Assembly (NCBI RefSeq): GCF_006345805.1
Contig: NC_043018.1
Location: 4,836,001-4,900,000, forward strand
Length of the DNA: 64,000 bases
Source of the DNA: Octopus sinensis
Taxonomy: Eukaryota
Reading direction: 5' to 3'
Part shown: positions 1 to 12,864 of the stretch, piece by piece
Numbering within the stretch: position 1 is the first letter of the stretch
How the letters are laid out: each line of letters begins with the position of its first letter
Position numbers and translations under genes: made by a program
Notes under the pieces: generated by a model
What the model saw: only the letters and a program-made list of their open reading frames with translations
Told to the model about the DNA's origin: nothing
The model's database searches: none

Positions 1-1938
1 GAAATTCGACTCAGAGATATTGCTTGGGCTGAATTAGAAAATCAAGATTCGACTGCAGCTTTTGTGGTATACAAAACTCAACGAGACCGAGCCGTGAAAA
101 TTTAAAAGGAAGAACGCTTCAGATATAAATGCAGAATCGCGGCAAACGCCAGTCGCAATCCAAAAACCTTCTTTGCCCATGTCCGACGGAATTCCCGCTT
201 GAACAACCAAATTGCAACGTTGGTAGACTCAACAGGCATATCGATTGAGGACCCTTATCAGCAGAGTCAGTTATTTGCCGAGGCTTTTTCGACAATTTTC
301 AAACAAGATGATGGTCGTGAACCCCCTCCATTTGATAGATCGGTACCTCCAATGCCTAGATTGGTCATCACTCGGGACGAAGTCGAACGCGTTATTCAAG
401 GCCTCGATGTCAACAAGGGTCACGGCCCTGACGGCATACACCCACAAGTTATCAAAGCGTTGGCTCCGGTCATCTGCGAGCCTTTAACACTTCTATTCAA
501 TATGTCATTGGCGACGAGTATTGTACCTGCGGACTGGAGAACAGCGATTATCTGCCCGATTTTCAAGAAAGGGAGCCACGAAGACCTGCTTAACTACCGA
601 CCGGTTTCCCTTACTTCAATAATCAGCAAGATGTTCGAAACCATCCTCAAGAAAAGTATGTTGCTTCACCTCCAAAACACAGCCTCTATCTCTGATTCCC
701 AACACGGCTTCATGCCGAAGAGATCATGCTTGACCAACTTACTGGTAATGAAAGAATTGGTGACGCGTATCCTGAATGATGGTGATGCTGTTGACATTGT
801 TTTATTGGACTTTGCCAAAGCTTTTGACTCGGTTAACTACCGCTTATTACTTTTCAAGCTTCAAGCATATCGTTTCCATCCGGATATTGTACGATGGGTT
901 GGTGCCTTCCTCTCAGATCGCTCCTTCCAAGTCCAAGTTAATGGTTCGCTGTCCGACGTCTCCAGTGCGAGCAGTGGCGTGCCTCAAGGTTCAGTGCTTG
1001 GGCCGTTATTGTTTTTAGTCTTCATCAATGACTTGCCCGACGACCTCACGCAACACTCCCTTCTATTTGCCGACGATGTCAAACTGGTCGCTCCTCGCAG
1101 TGATATAGATGATCTTCGTCGATGCCTCCACCAAGTTTGGAGATGGTCAAACGAATGGGACCTGTGTCTGAACGTGTCAAAGTGCTGTCATCTGCCTGTT
1201 GACTCCTCTCCTGCAACTCAACTTGATTTCGAGCCGGGTCGTCTGCTGCTGGAGAAGACCGACCAAGTAAAGGACCTGGGTATCTTGGTGGATTCTTCCT
1301 TTTCGCCTTCGGCCAAATGCGTCCATGCTGCCAATAAAGCACGCGGAGTTCTGTTTTTGATTCGACGGTCATTCGGAATGCTCACAGCAGCCATATTCCT
1401 ACCGCTCTATGTCATGCTGGTGAGACCCATATTGGAGTACGGGATTCAAGCCTCTTCTTCTTATCTCCTCAAAGACATACATCATCTCGAAAGAGTCCAG
1501 AAGCTGGCTACCCGCATGGTTCTTGGTCTCAAGCATTTGTCTTATGAAGAAAGGCTGAAGACGCTCGACCTTTATTCTCTCGAAAAACGACGACGCCGTG
1601 GTGATCTCATTCTCGCTCACAACATCATAAGCGGAAAGTGTAACCTCTCGAAAGAGCTGTTCTTCACTCCTGCTCCAGAGTGTGGGCTGCGGGGTCACTC
1701 CAAAAAGCTCTATCTACGACGATTTCATCTCTATTGAAGGAGAGGGGCTTTCTCCGTCCGGGTTGCGGATCAGTGGAATAAGCTGCCGGACGAGATAGTG
1801 AAGATGCCGACGACCGCTCGGTTCAAAGTCTCTCTTGACCAGAAATGACCTGAACTCTTTGTATGAACACCCTCCCTGTCCCCCTACATGGCCTTGCTTT
1901 TGCTTTTTGAACCAATAAAATTGAATTGAATTGAATTG
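1..1938 (+). mobile_element. CR1-clade non-LTR retrotransposon, 3' part (RT domain, 3' UTR, (TTGAA)n tail); runs off window start
   Basis: ORF 199..1737 has RT motifs NYRPVSLTS, QHGF, LDFAKAFDSV, GVPQGSVLGPLLF, FADD, KDLGILVD, VRPILEY. Frame continues past stops at 103-105, 1735-1737 and 1846-1848 (AFSVRVADQWNKLP). AATAAA then TTGAA repeats at ~1914-1938. Confidence 0.93.
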
Positions 1939-2516
1939 TAAAGATTTGAAATCGTTATGCCGGTTTAAATGTGCAAGGTTAAAATTCGGTTTTTTAGCGA
2001 TGTGCATTGCAGTCGACTGTATTGTTTTTGAAAACAAAACACAATTTATGGCCTGTCCAAACTGTGGAATTCGATCGGACTGCATTTGCTACTTCCTTTA
2101 CTAGTTTACGAATCGTGCCTTGGTAGTAACTGAGTATTTCAAGTTGAAAAGGATGAATTTTAGTTTTTCAAGACAGGATTTTGTCTTCGTCATTAATTAC
2201 AGAAAATTGTTCATCTTTGATCGAAGAAAAGTTTGGTTGAAAAGAAGGCTTTGCACTTTTAAGTGCAATGTAATGATATACTGCAATTGGTTGAAAGGGC
2301 CTACCATTCTTGTGTCGGAAGAAACGAATTTTGACGAGAAGGCTCCAATTTGTAAAGAAGTCTGATACTTTTTAAGTAACGAATTTTGAAGAGAGGACTC
2401 ATTCTTTTATCAGGGATCATCAAAATGTAACGACAGTTTAATGACGAAGTTTGCATCAGAGAAACGACAGAAGAACAATATTCGATTGATTAATTGATTA
2501 TAAATATTGTCATTTG

Positions 2517-2730
2517 AAGGTTGTGAACCGTGAGAATCGTTGGTACGCCAGGCGGAATGCTTAGCTGCATTTTGTCCAGTTTTATATCCAGAGCTGAAAT
2601 TCCGCCGAAGTGGATTTTGCTTTTCATCCTTTCAGTGTTGATAAAATACGTCCCAGTCTGGCACTTGGCTCGATGCAATCGACTTAGCCCTTTCCCCAAA
2701 CTTGCTGGCATTGTGTCAAAGTTTGAAACC
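2517..2730 (+). mobile_element. SINE family B copy (degenerate)
   Basis: Matches the window's recurrent GAATCGTT..GAAATGCTTAG..TTTCATCCTTTC..GATAAA..CCAG..CTGGC.TTGTG unit. Confidence 0.7.
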
Positions 2731-2744
2731 GATTTAGTTATTTA

Positions 2745-4543
2745 CGAGGGTCGGCTGAAAAGTTCATAGGCTGACCAAGATACTCTCACAAAATGTAACG
2801 ATTTGAGTTTTATTTTTCAACATAGTCCCCCGTGTGGTCCCCACACTTCTACCAGGGTTGCAATGATTGGATCCCATTGGTGAACAAGCCATCATGCTGT
2901 TGATCAGCAGACACAACGTCATCATCTCTGTGATATTGGTTCCCAGCCAAGAGTTCTTTCATGTTGGGGAACAGATGATAATCAGATGAGGTCAAATTAG
3001 GAGAATAGGGAGGGTGATCAACCAGTTCAAAGCCACAGTCGTGCACAGCACCCATTGTATTGAAGGACTTGAGTGCTGGAGCATCGTCCTTATGAAACAA
3101 GACCCCTTTCGTCAATTTTCCTGCGAATTCATTCTTGACAGCCTTTCATAACTACCTCAGCAAGTTGGCATAGTACTCTCCATTGAGAGAGTGGCTCTTT
3201 GCAAGATCGTCAATAAACACAATGCCTTTTGCATATCCCAAGAGACTGAGGTCGTCAGTTTCCTTGCAGAAGAAACAATCTTAACCTTCTTTGGAATAGA
3301 CGAGAAGAGGTGTTTCCACTGCATGGATTGTCTCGTTGTCTCTGGCTCAAAGTGATGAAAGCCAGACACTCGTCCTGGGTTCGGAAACATCTGTGGAGAG
3401 TTAGAAAAGCTATTTTTAGAATCCCGTTGTACAACAGTCGCGCTATGGCAACTCAACCAATCAGGGCTGGGTGCGTATGAATACCGAAAAGCAGTTCTCT
3501 GCTCAAGAAGAGTTAAGTGGGCGTTTTAACCAGTTAGCAAAGAGACAGCAGTCCAGCAACATCAATTGTCAAGCATGGGAACAGACCCTTTGTTTTTCAA
3601 CTTTGCGCCGCTAGCTCAGAATGACATCAGCCCACAACTCTGGCCATACCATGAGCTGTATGTTTTCGTTACGCCAGCTCTGTTAGCTTATAACGACTTC
3701 CAACTGAATCCATTTTTCAAACGTTACTCATAAAGCTCTCTCTGACTCACGCACATACACTGGCTACGCTTATATTACTTGTCAGCTCTCGTTATCCTTT
3801 GATAAATAAAAGTATTTTGCATAAAAATACCTTCTGATATATTGCATAAAAATACCTTCTCAAAAGACCACTTAGAGGACCTCACTATGAACACATTCAC
3901 TAAAGTGGTGACCCTTTACCAACATTCTCTCTATACATTCAAAGAAACCAGCTGGATCTACTTAAAGCTGTCATATATTCCTGTGATGTGGTCAGCCTAG
4001 TGTGCTTTTGATCGGGTGTCAGAAAACACTGAGCAGAAACCTTCGTCGATCCGAGTTCATTGTGCAGAATATTCTCAATTCTCTCACAAAATATGCTAAC
4101 AAAATTGGCTTTATGATTTGATTTATAGTCAATGGCCTGTCATCCATCAGCACGCGGTGAACACGATCAATGTTTTCCTCTTGGTGGCAGTTGCAGGACA
4201 TCAAGACCTGGGGTTATTATCAAGACTCTCCTTGCCCTCCTAAATTCATCTGCCCACTTTTGCACTGTTGATGAAGCTGGATCGTTATTCCCTAATGTAG
4301 GTACCATGTCAGTACGAATGTTGTTAGGGGCTAAACCCTTTTTCCTGCAAGTATTTGATAAGAGCACGATGCCACATTTTGTCGATTTGCAAGAGGAGTC
4401 GCTACTTTTGAAGTCTTCTTTGAACCGTCAGATGTCAGTTGACCTGGAAAGAAACGATGCAAGTATCAACAAGAAGAGTTGAAATGAATGCATGATTTCA
4501 CACTCCTTCTTCGTCAGCCTAACAACTTTCCAGCCCACCCTCA
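2745..4543 (-). mobile_element. Mariner DNA transposon, degenerate, interrupted by a nested insertion (3391..3934)
   Basis: TIRs TA|CGAGGGTCGGCTGAAAAGTTCATAGGCTGAC at 2745 and its degenerate reverse complement ending ~4543. Minus-strand fragments: STVQKWADEFRR, TQDEC..HHFEPET.RQSMQW, LFHKDDAPA, HPPYSPNLTSSDYHLF. Confidence 0.9.
3391..3934. mobile_element. Unclassified ~545-bp insertion nested in the mariner, with 4-bp ACAT target-site duplication
   Basis: ACAT at 3387-3390 and 3935-3938. Removing the insert plus one ACAT restores the contiguous transposase peptide PAGFFECFRTQDEC. Confidence 0.75.
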
Positions 4544-6095
4544 TCAGTTATTATGTTGAAGATAATTGTAATATTAGTCGTTACAATATATAATAAATTT
4601 ACTGCTTTATCGAGTTATTTATTTGTGTATACACATCTTGTTTGTAGATACTGGAGAAATTTGTTTCTGGTTCCATGGTTCATTGAATATGTTAGATTAG
4701 GTTCCCTGCGGCTGCTAGAGAGAAAGACATAGGAAAAGGAACGTTTGTAGTTAGCGGGAAAAAGAGGTTTACCTCCGCACACATTATTACATGGTGACAG
4801 AGTTGCTTTCAGTCCAGAGACGATTGACAAAGGAGAGGAAGATAGCTGTTTGCTTGAGTTTAAAAAAAGTTTTTTTTTTAGAACTTTCTGGTTACTGAAT
4901 AAGGTCAGCTAAAACAACAGGGTTCTTCGTCCTTAATCAGAACTGACCACGAGAAAGATCAAGAGGTCAACTTTTTCTCATTAATCTCTGAGTGCAATAA
5001 GGCTACGAGAAGAGATCGAGGAATTGTTTGACAATGTATAAAAATATGGGTTTGGTTTCGAATTTCAGCTTAGCCATACTATAGCTGTTCGCTACACCTA
5101 CATAAACGAGTAAGCGCATATACATTCACATACATATGCACATAGAAAACGACACACTCACGGACTTGCACACACACGCACAAATCTATCAACACAGAGA
5201 AGCACAAATACACACACACACATAAATACACTCATTACCACTATCATCAACACTACTACTGCTACCACCACAGCTGCCCCCCCCCTCTCTTTTATCACAA
5301 TTGGATTTTTTCTGTTAGACTCAGTTTTTGAAATTTTAAAATTAAGTGAAAATTTCCAAATGTGGTAAACTCATGTAATTTTTCTCGCTGAGTTTTGTTA
5401 TTCCTTTGTTTCAGAAAAATTTTAGAAAAATGTCACAGAAGTTTAAAATGTGATTATTTCAACCCAATTAGAATACAGGATTTGGAAGCTGACATTTTCT
5501 GCTAAAATTACCCAAAATATGCAGATTTTAAAAATTATTCCCTTTTTATTCATTAATCTATGGCAAAAACGAATTTTCTTTCCATAATTGGCTTACAAAA
5601 GCACACCGATGCACCAAGTTTGAAATCAATTGGAACAAAATTAAGAGAATTGAAATTAAGAATTCTGAGCCAAACAGAAAATGCTGCTGCTGCTGCCAAA
5701 AAAGAATATGACGTCATGAAATATCAAAAAACTACGTCACAATAAGAAATCGCACCAAACGCAGGTTTCTATCTCAGAAACTCCATAAAACAAAAAAAAA
5801 AAACAAAAAAATTCCCCCAAAACAGAGAAGGTTGCAAAAAATCTTTCGATTTTTAACAAAGCTTTAAAAATTACGAAAGTTATTTTGAAAATATAACCTT
5901 TATCTTCTGTGATAATTCGAACTTTAAACACCTTTCTCAAACAATATTTTACAATAAGCTGAGGTAAGTTCATTAAATGTTCTGATAAAAACAGAGTAAT
6001 TTATTTTTATATTTATGTAAATATTTTTTTAATATTTACTAAAGACAGATTTTTTAAAATGAATTTACACTTTAGCTAACTTCGTGAAAATAATC

Positions 6096-6129
<34 letters not shown>

Positions 6130-8084
6130 GTATGTATGTATAATGTACACAAACTATACGTCTACACACATAGGTGTGTGTGTGTGTGTGTTCATGAATA
6201 AACATTTAAAAAAATTTAAAATTAAAAATTTTTTTTTTCCAAAATATGTTTCATTTTTAAATTTCAAAACCGATTGTTTATGGTAATTTCTATTTTACCA
6301 CTTTCAATTTGTGATTATAATGTATTTGTACTTCTTTTGAAATAATTCAAAATTGTTTTCTTTTTGTTATTGGTTTAGCCCTAGGTCAGACCAAATACGT
6401 ATGATCAATGGCGTTTTAGTATAATTTCTCTTTTTTTTTTTTAAGAGAGAGATAAAAACTGTCTTTCCCGTTTTGTCGGGTGGTGGCCTTCATCCGTCGT
6501 CCAGTTTAACACTAACCATCTTTGGTGTCTTTGAGGATAATTTTGACGTTTCCTCTCATCAATATTGGAGCTTCTGTCTTCAAACTCTGATTGACGGACT
6601 TCGGAATATCTATCACTGCTCCAAGGAATTGGGTTGTTGTTTCCTTCTGTGAAAGATTTTTTTTTATTCCCCAAGAACTTAATTTTTTTACATTTTTGTC
6701 CCCCTCCCCAATTTCTACTGTTTCACCCAAAATTTACTATTGGGCGCCGTCCCCTCTGATTAAATAAATATTTAAAAAAACCCAGAGAAATCGAAATCTA
6801 TGATTATTTCAAATTACAGACATCAGTCCAGTTGGTTACAAAGCCTAACAAATGTCTCGGCCCAGTTTCTTTTCTTCTTCGGAAATGGGACAAGACTTCG
6901 GCTCAGAATGTAAATAGGTGAGAAGAGATATCGTGTGCTATTTCATCCGATGTCAGTTAAAAGTCGGCTTTATCCGGTAACAAATGAAGTTGAACGAATT
7001 TTTTTATCTTTTACTGTTAAACTCATAAGTTTCGAAGTTGTTTACGTATTGAAGAAACGGTTGAAACACAAGGAAACGCCTGTAAGAATCGAAGAGGAAA
7101 TCATAATTAACAGCATTGATCTAATTGCAATGAATTAATTCCTTCGGGATATTTATACCAATTATTGGTATTGAAAGTATTCTATTAAATGTCTTTCGTT
7201 GTTTTAATTAAGTAATTATTTGTTAAACGATATACTGTAATGAACGAATGCGTTTGGTGAATAGTCAGACATGTTCAGAGAGGAAAGCTTCGTGATGGTC
7301 AATATCAGGGGGTTGTGAACGGAGGTTTGCATAACAACTCTTGGGGCTCCAGATAAGCTTTTGTTGTTAAACTTTATCTGCAATAAATTGGTAAAACTCT
7401 TACAATACACAAAAGACTTTTTAACGATTTTTTTAGATACAATTCCTAATAATATTTGATTATAAAAATACAGTAGGATTTTTTTAATACATTGAATGGC
7501 TCTGGAGATCCAGTAGAGTAAAATAGGAATGAAAGAGGTCCACAGATCACCCCCCCCCCACCAAAAAAATGGTTGAGAACCACTGGTTTACATAGTGCCA
7601 TCTTGAGCATGGGTATAACAGTTGTCAGAATTGTTAGCACATCAGACAAAATATTCTGTAACTCTTTCTGTTCTGAGTTGAAGTACTACCGAGGTTAGCT
7701 TTGCCATTCATCCTTCTGCAGTCGACAAAATAAAGTACTTGTCAAGTAGGGTTTGATGTAATCAACTTCCAACATTTATGACCTTGAACCCTGCCACGGA
7801 TCAACGTTCCTTTCAAAGAGAGTGTTGGGATCATGATCTATTATGCACTATGGTTATGAGCCCTAAGGTCTCAGAAAAAAAAAATACAAAGGCACGGGCA
7901 ACATTGGGCAGTTGCTCGGGGCACATCTGAGTCTATGGGCCTAAAATAATCTTTGTATGCAGTTGCCGATAATATCATGAAACTACTACTTTTAGTGAAT
8001 CGACAGGAACACCACCACCACTTCCCATCAGTTCTTTCTGTATTGGTTAATAGACGCGCAGGAATGATTCACTGCTTACATATA

Positions 8085-8234
8085 CCATATTTTAACGTGT
8101 ATAAGGAACCCTTTTTTGTCAAAAATTAGGTTAAAATATGGAACTTTCTTAGACATGGATAATATTACAAAACCTTTTTCCAAAATTAGGGGGTTCCTTA
8201 TACACGAAGGTTCTTTATACTTGTGAAAATATGG
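8085..8234. mobile_element. pogo/Tigger-type MITE
   Basis: TA|CCATATTTT..GTGTATAA at the left end, TTATAC..GAAAATATGG|TA at the right end; internal inverted GTATAAGGAACCC/GGGTTCCTTATAC. Confidence 0.7.
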
Positions 8235-9493
8235 TAATTTGTGTTGGTTATCATGTGTCACTGTGCAAGCCAATGAATTACTCTTTTAGTGGTGTTCATT
8301 GCTGGGACACTGGGACAGCTACTATTTCTGAAGTGCTACCATTATTATTTGTATCTCATCTGTCAACCTGTAATTCGCACCATCTCATGGTACCAGCAGA
8401 CAAAACCCTAACCCTAACCCCAGAAGATGGCGAGGGAGATGTGCTGGATCTGTCAAACAGGGCTCACACTTGCAGATAGCCATCTCCACCCCAATGACGG
8501 GGAGCAGGGTTATGTTCTGGGAGCCAAGAATGTCATAGGTCTCCACTGCCATAGGCTTGACCATAAACCTGACAAGCAGTGGAGCCTAGCTGGTGGCTGA
8601 ACGCACCTGGTTGCTGCTGGAGAAAGTATCACAGCGTGTGACATCCCATATGAGGGGCCTACCACCTTGGAACAGGAAAATTGTCATACTGTAAGAACTT
8701 TTACTGTCACCTTGGGTTGAACTGCGAAGGGAAGTTTGTACTGTGTATGCCATGCTTTATGATTTTGTTTCGAGTGGTATGGCATGGAAGGCAGCCTAAC
8801 AATGGGTGCAGACCAAAAGAATCCACAGAGGCTCACAAACCTGGAGGCTGCTTGTAGACACGGCATAAGGAAAGTTCTGTTAATAAAATTAAAGGGTTTC
8901 ACTCATCCTCTTTCTGGAATTGTGGGATCCATCTACCTTCCTTTGCAGTTAATTTACTTTCTTTTCGAATCCTTAAACTGCATGCAAACTGGAATAAGTC
9001 ATTTTCTTTACAATAAACTTTTTGTAGTTTTTTTAGGACATTTTTCCATTTTGAAGCTGAAGATTATTTCTAAAATCAGCTTTGATATTTGAAACTCTAT
9101 TATTCAATGTGGAAACTTGATTTACGAAGTATATGAAGTGGTCACTCATCACTCATCACTATCCGAGTGAAATAAGAAGACAATATAAAGAGTGAAACGG
9201 AAATGATGAAATGGTAATTCTGTAGAAATAAACTACAAATCAAATAATTTAAATAAAATTAAAAGAAATTAGAAAGAAGGAAAAGTCTTTTTAATATGGC
9301 AAAAGCCAGATCCGTTCTAAAAGGGAAACCATGGCAACCGAGGGGCAACTGCACATTTATATTTTTTGTCTGTTTTTGAATCCAATTAATGGTTTTGCTC
9401 CTTTCCCATTTCAGATAGAACACACCAACATCTAGAGCAACAACAACAACAACAACAACAGCAAGAGCCACAACAGTAAGAAGAAGAACAAAT

Positions 9494-9698
9494 ATGAAGT
9501 TCCACACAGTATTGTTTCTCAGTTTATTTATGTCTACATTCTACCTTCTCACGGCTCATGATACAGCAGCTTCATCATTATTGCCATCATCATCATCACC
9601 AGCAGCAGCAGCACCAGCAGCAGCAGCAGCAGCAGCATTAACAGCATCAACTCCAGACATCAACATCATCAGGCTCGACACCAACCAGAACGCATCAG
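9494..9698 (+). CDS. Candidate small secreted/membrane peptide gene, coding exon 1 (signal peptide + Ala/Ser/Pro-rich spacer)
   Basis: Acceptor with pyrimidine tract (tttcccatttcag) ends at 9414; ATG at 9494; MKFHTVLFLSLFMSTFYLLTA is signal-peptide-like; donor CAG|GTTTGT after 9698 (205 nt, phase 1). Confidence 0.6.
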
Positions 9699-9804
9699 GT
9701 TTGTTATAGTTACGTATGCAGGTCAGGGCCAAAGATTTTGTCGGTTGAGAGAAAAACAGAAATCTGAGGGAAGTCCAAATATGGAAATGTTTATGGTTAG
9801 TGTC

Positions 9805-10110
9805 AGCCGTCGTTCAGTTACAATGACGAAGGTCTCTGGCTGATCCATCAATGGAACAGCCTGCTCATGAAATTAGTGTGTAAGTGGCTGAGTACTTCAC
9901 AGACGTAGTTCTCAGGGAAGTTCAGCAATGACATGGAATGTGACAAGGCTGACCCCTTCGAATTACAGGTACCACTCATTTTTACCAGTGAAGTGGACCA
10001 GAGCAATGCAAAGTAAAATGTCTTGCTCAAAGGAACAACAAGCTGCCTGGAATCGAACTCACAACCTTACGATTATCAGCCAAATACCCCTAACTACTAA
10101 TCCATGCACT
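9805..10110 (-). mobile_element. SINE family C copy (tRNA-like head)
   Basis: Shared body GTGGCTGAGTACT.CACAGAC..GTAGTTCTC..GTGACAAGG; B-box-like GGAATCGAACTC on +. Other copies at ~34050, ~47990, ~56197. Confidence 0.7.
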
Positions 10111-10783
10111 TTCATTTATGGTTAATAAAAAGAAATACTATCATTTCAATAATGAAAGATATTTACACTGAGTGAGTCAATTTGTGTGAGATGTGTCTCT
10201 CAGCAATAATTACAGATTGTTGAAGGCATTGGATTCCACAGCTGAAGTTGAGTGGTGTAAGTTCCAACATCAAGTTGGCTTTACAATCTATAACTACCTA
10301 ATGGTCTATCAAAGAAAGGGTGCCAAAGACAAAGTTGTTAATGACATTTCAATATGTTGTTTGCAATTGGGATGCTGACAAGTTAAGCATCTGTCAGGTC
10401 TGTGTGGTTTTTTGCTGGTAAAAAGAAGTTCTTAACGTGTCTATCAAAGACTTGACCATTTAGAATTCCTATTAGTCTGTCCAATGAAATGCTTATTTAT
10501 TCACATTGTTTTGAATTTAGCAAGTGTTATCTCATAGCTTTGAGATTTAGTTTTAAGCTGACATTGTAGGTTAGGTGTGAGAAGCCAGATCTATCTGACC
10601 TGAACATAAAACAAGCAGAATATTTGGGTCAGTTTAAATGCTAATGGGATAATTAGCTGCTGCTTGCTAATGTCAGTTACTGACCAAATCCTGTTATTTT
10701 CACATGTGAATTTAATGGTTTGTATTCAATTCCTAGGCAGTGGGTTGGGTTGTTTGGGATTCTGCTAATATTCTATTGTGTGT

Positions 10784-10975
10784 AAAGCGGCGAGCTGGAA
10801 GAAATGTTAGCACACCGGGTGAAATGCTTAGTGGTATTTCGCCTGTCTTTATGTTCTGTGTTCAAATTCCACTGAGGTCAACTTTGCCTGTCATCCTTTC
10901 GGGGTTAGTAAATTAAGTACCAGTTGCATACTGGGTTGATCCAATTGACTGGCCCCAAAATTTCAGGCCTTGTGT
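10784..10975 (+). mobile_element. SINE family B copy
   Basis: GCGGCGAGCTGG..GTTAGCAC..GTTCAAATTCC..TCATCCTTTCGGGG..AAGTACCAGTTG..CAGGCCTTGTG; many copies in the window. Confidence 0.8.
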
Positions 10976-11440
10976 ATGTCAGGGCATTTACACTCTGCTC
11001 TTATTCTTTCTTCTTTGTGGTACCCTCCAGTGTTTCCTTCTTGCCCCCACCCACCTTACTTTCCTTCATTACCCTCTCCCCCTCTGCTTCTCATCTTTCC
11101 CTTTGCTGACCAACCCCAATGACACCCCACATCTCTCTTTCAGTGATTCCCCTCCGCCCTAGTCTATTGCTTTCTTCCTGTCCCCTTCATCACACATGTC
11201 CAGATTAAGATCTAAACTGTTAATATAAGAATGTAAAAGAGTTGAATAACTGTAAACCTACTTTTGGGCCCCACCCCACCCCTGTATATCTATGTATATC
11301 ATCATCATCATCATTATTTAGCATCTGATTTCAATGCTGGCATAGGCTGAACTGTTTGACAGAAACTGGCAGGCCAGGGAATTGCCCCGAGCTGATGTTT
11401 GGAACAGATCCACTGTTCCAAAAATAATTACTTCACATTA

Positions 11441-11835
11441 CTCTTTTACTTCTTTCAGTCATTTGACTGTGGCCACGCTGGAGCACCGCCTTTAGTTGAG
11501 CAAATTGACCACAGGACTTATTCTTTGTAAGCCTAGTATGTATTCTATTGGTCTCTTTTGCCGAACTGCTAAGTTACGGGGACATAAACACACCAGCATC
11601 GGTTGTCAAGCGATGTTGCGGGCACAAATACACAAGCATATACACACACATATACATATATATACACATATACGACGGGCTTCTTTCAGTTTCTGTCTAC
11701 CAAATCCACTCACAAGGCTTTGGTCAGCCTTAGGCTACAGTAGAAGATACTTGCCCAAGGTGCCACGCAGTGGGACTGAACCCAGAACCATGTGGTTGGT
11801 AAGCAAACTACTTACCACACAGCCACTCCTACGCC
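11441..11835 (-). mobile_element. SINE family A copy (tRNA-derived head, internal TA/TG microsatellite)
   Basis: Reverse complement of the full-length copies at 40363 and 43888. Confidence 0.85.
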
Positions 11836-12009
11836 TACATTCTCTTAAAAGTTTAAAATCTTTTATGCCATCATTGTATTGGCATGAAACTTGAGTGACA
11901 ATACAAGACCAGGTGATTAAGTTGCATGTCATGTAGCAGGGCATGTGTGAGTGGGTCAAGTTCTTCACTTAGGGGCTGTATGCTGTCCTCCCCAACCCAT
12001 CCGACCAAT

Positions 12010-12640
12010 TCATATGGAGTATAGTGCAAACACTTGCATGCTCCCTTAGTAGGTGAAGGACACTATCACCAGGGACTTGACCAAGTCCTTAAGACTATTG
12101 TTGAAGCTATTAACAAAAAGATCATTTACACTACAAAATGGTTGCATTACAGCCAGGACGATCATCTTTGTGAAGGAGAGACTCAAAAAGGGCCAGAATG
12201 GTTTGCTTTCTACAGCATGTGACTCAGCAATGAAAGATGTCTGAGACAGGCTGTTGAGCTTTTCCATCAGATACACACTGTCCTCTTGAAGTCTTTTTCT
12301 TGGTTTCTGAAGAAAGGAAACAATCTGCAGATTCTCAGCTGCCCACCTTCACCTGTTCCTGTTCCTGGCACTTTGCTTCCGCCATACCTGTGGAGCCTCC
12401 TGTCCAAGAAAAAGCAGAAAAGAAGAACTGTTGAAAATAACATGAAAGCTACAGAGAAAGCATCAAGGTGGCTCTGGCTGAAAAGAGGTGATTGGTGGGG
12501 GTCAGAAGAATGTTGCTTTGGACAGAGGCCTGGGCTTGATCAACCTATGTTGGATCACCTGGATGAAGAGGCGGGTGTGTTGTAAGAGTTGGAACCTCAA
12601 TGGTCTCAGTATGCAACACAGATGAGGATAACTTTCTCCT
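12010..12640 (+). mobile_element. Degenerate 3' fragment of a restriction-like-endonuclease (HERO-type) non-LTR retrotransposon
   Basis: Frameshifted peptides GEGHYHQ..DQVLKTIVEAI, IIFVKE..GLLSTACD and KATEKASRWLWLKR, typical of the C-terminus of HERO-like RLE elements. Confidence 0.65.
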
Positions 12641-12864
12641 TTCCTCTCTACTAGTCTTAGAGGTCCTGAAAAATAAAGGGCCATGAAGTATTGCCCTTCA
12701 CTCACTGATTAAATATACTCCCCCCCCATACACAAAAAAGCAATAGAATACCATAAAAATGTAAGGAACATCAAAATAAGTATGAGAGAGAGAGAGAGAG
12801 GAGATAAAGAGAGAAAGAAAGAGAGAGAAAGGCTGAGAAAAACTAAAGCAATGAAAGTCATTGT

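Noticed and set aside
6441-6730. Two overlapping minus-strand ORFs in unique-looking sequence
   Set aside because: No motif, no convincing splice sites, no partner exons.
8404-8420. AACCCTAACCCTAACCC telomere-like repeat
   Set aside because: Only ~3 units, interstitial; not a telomere.
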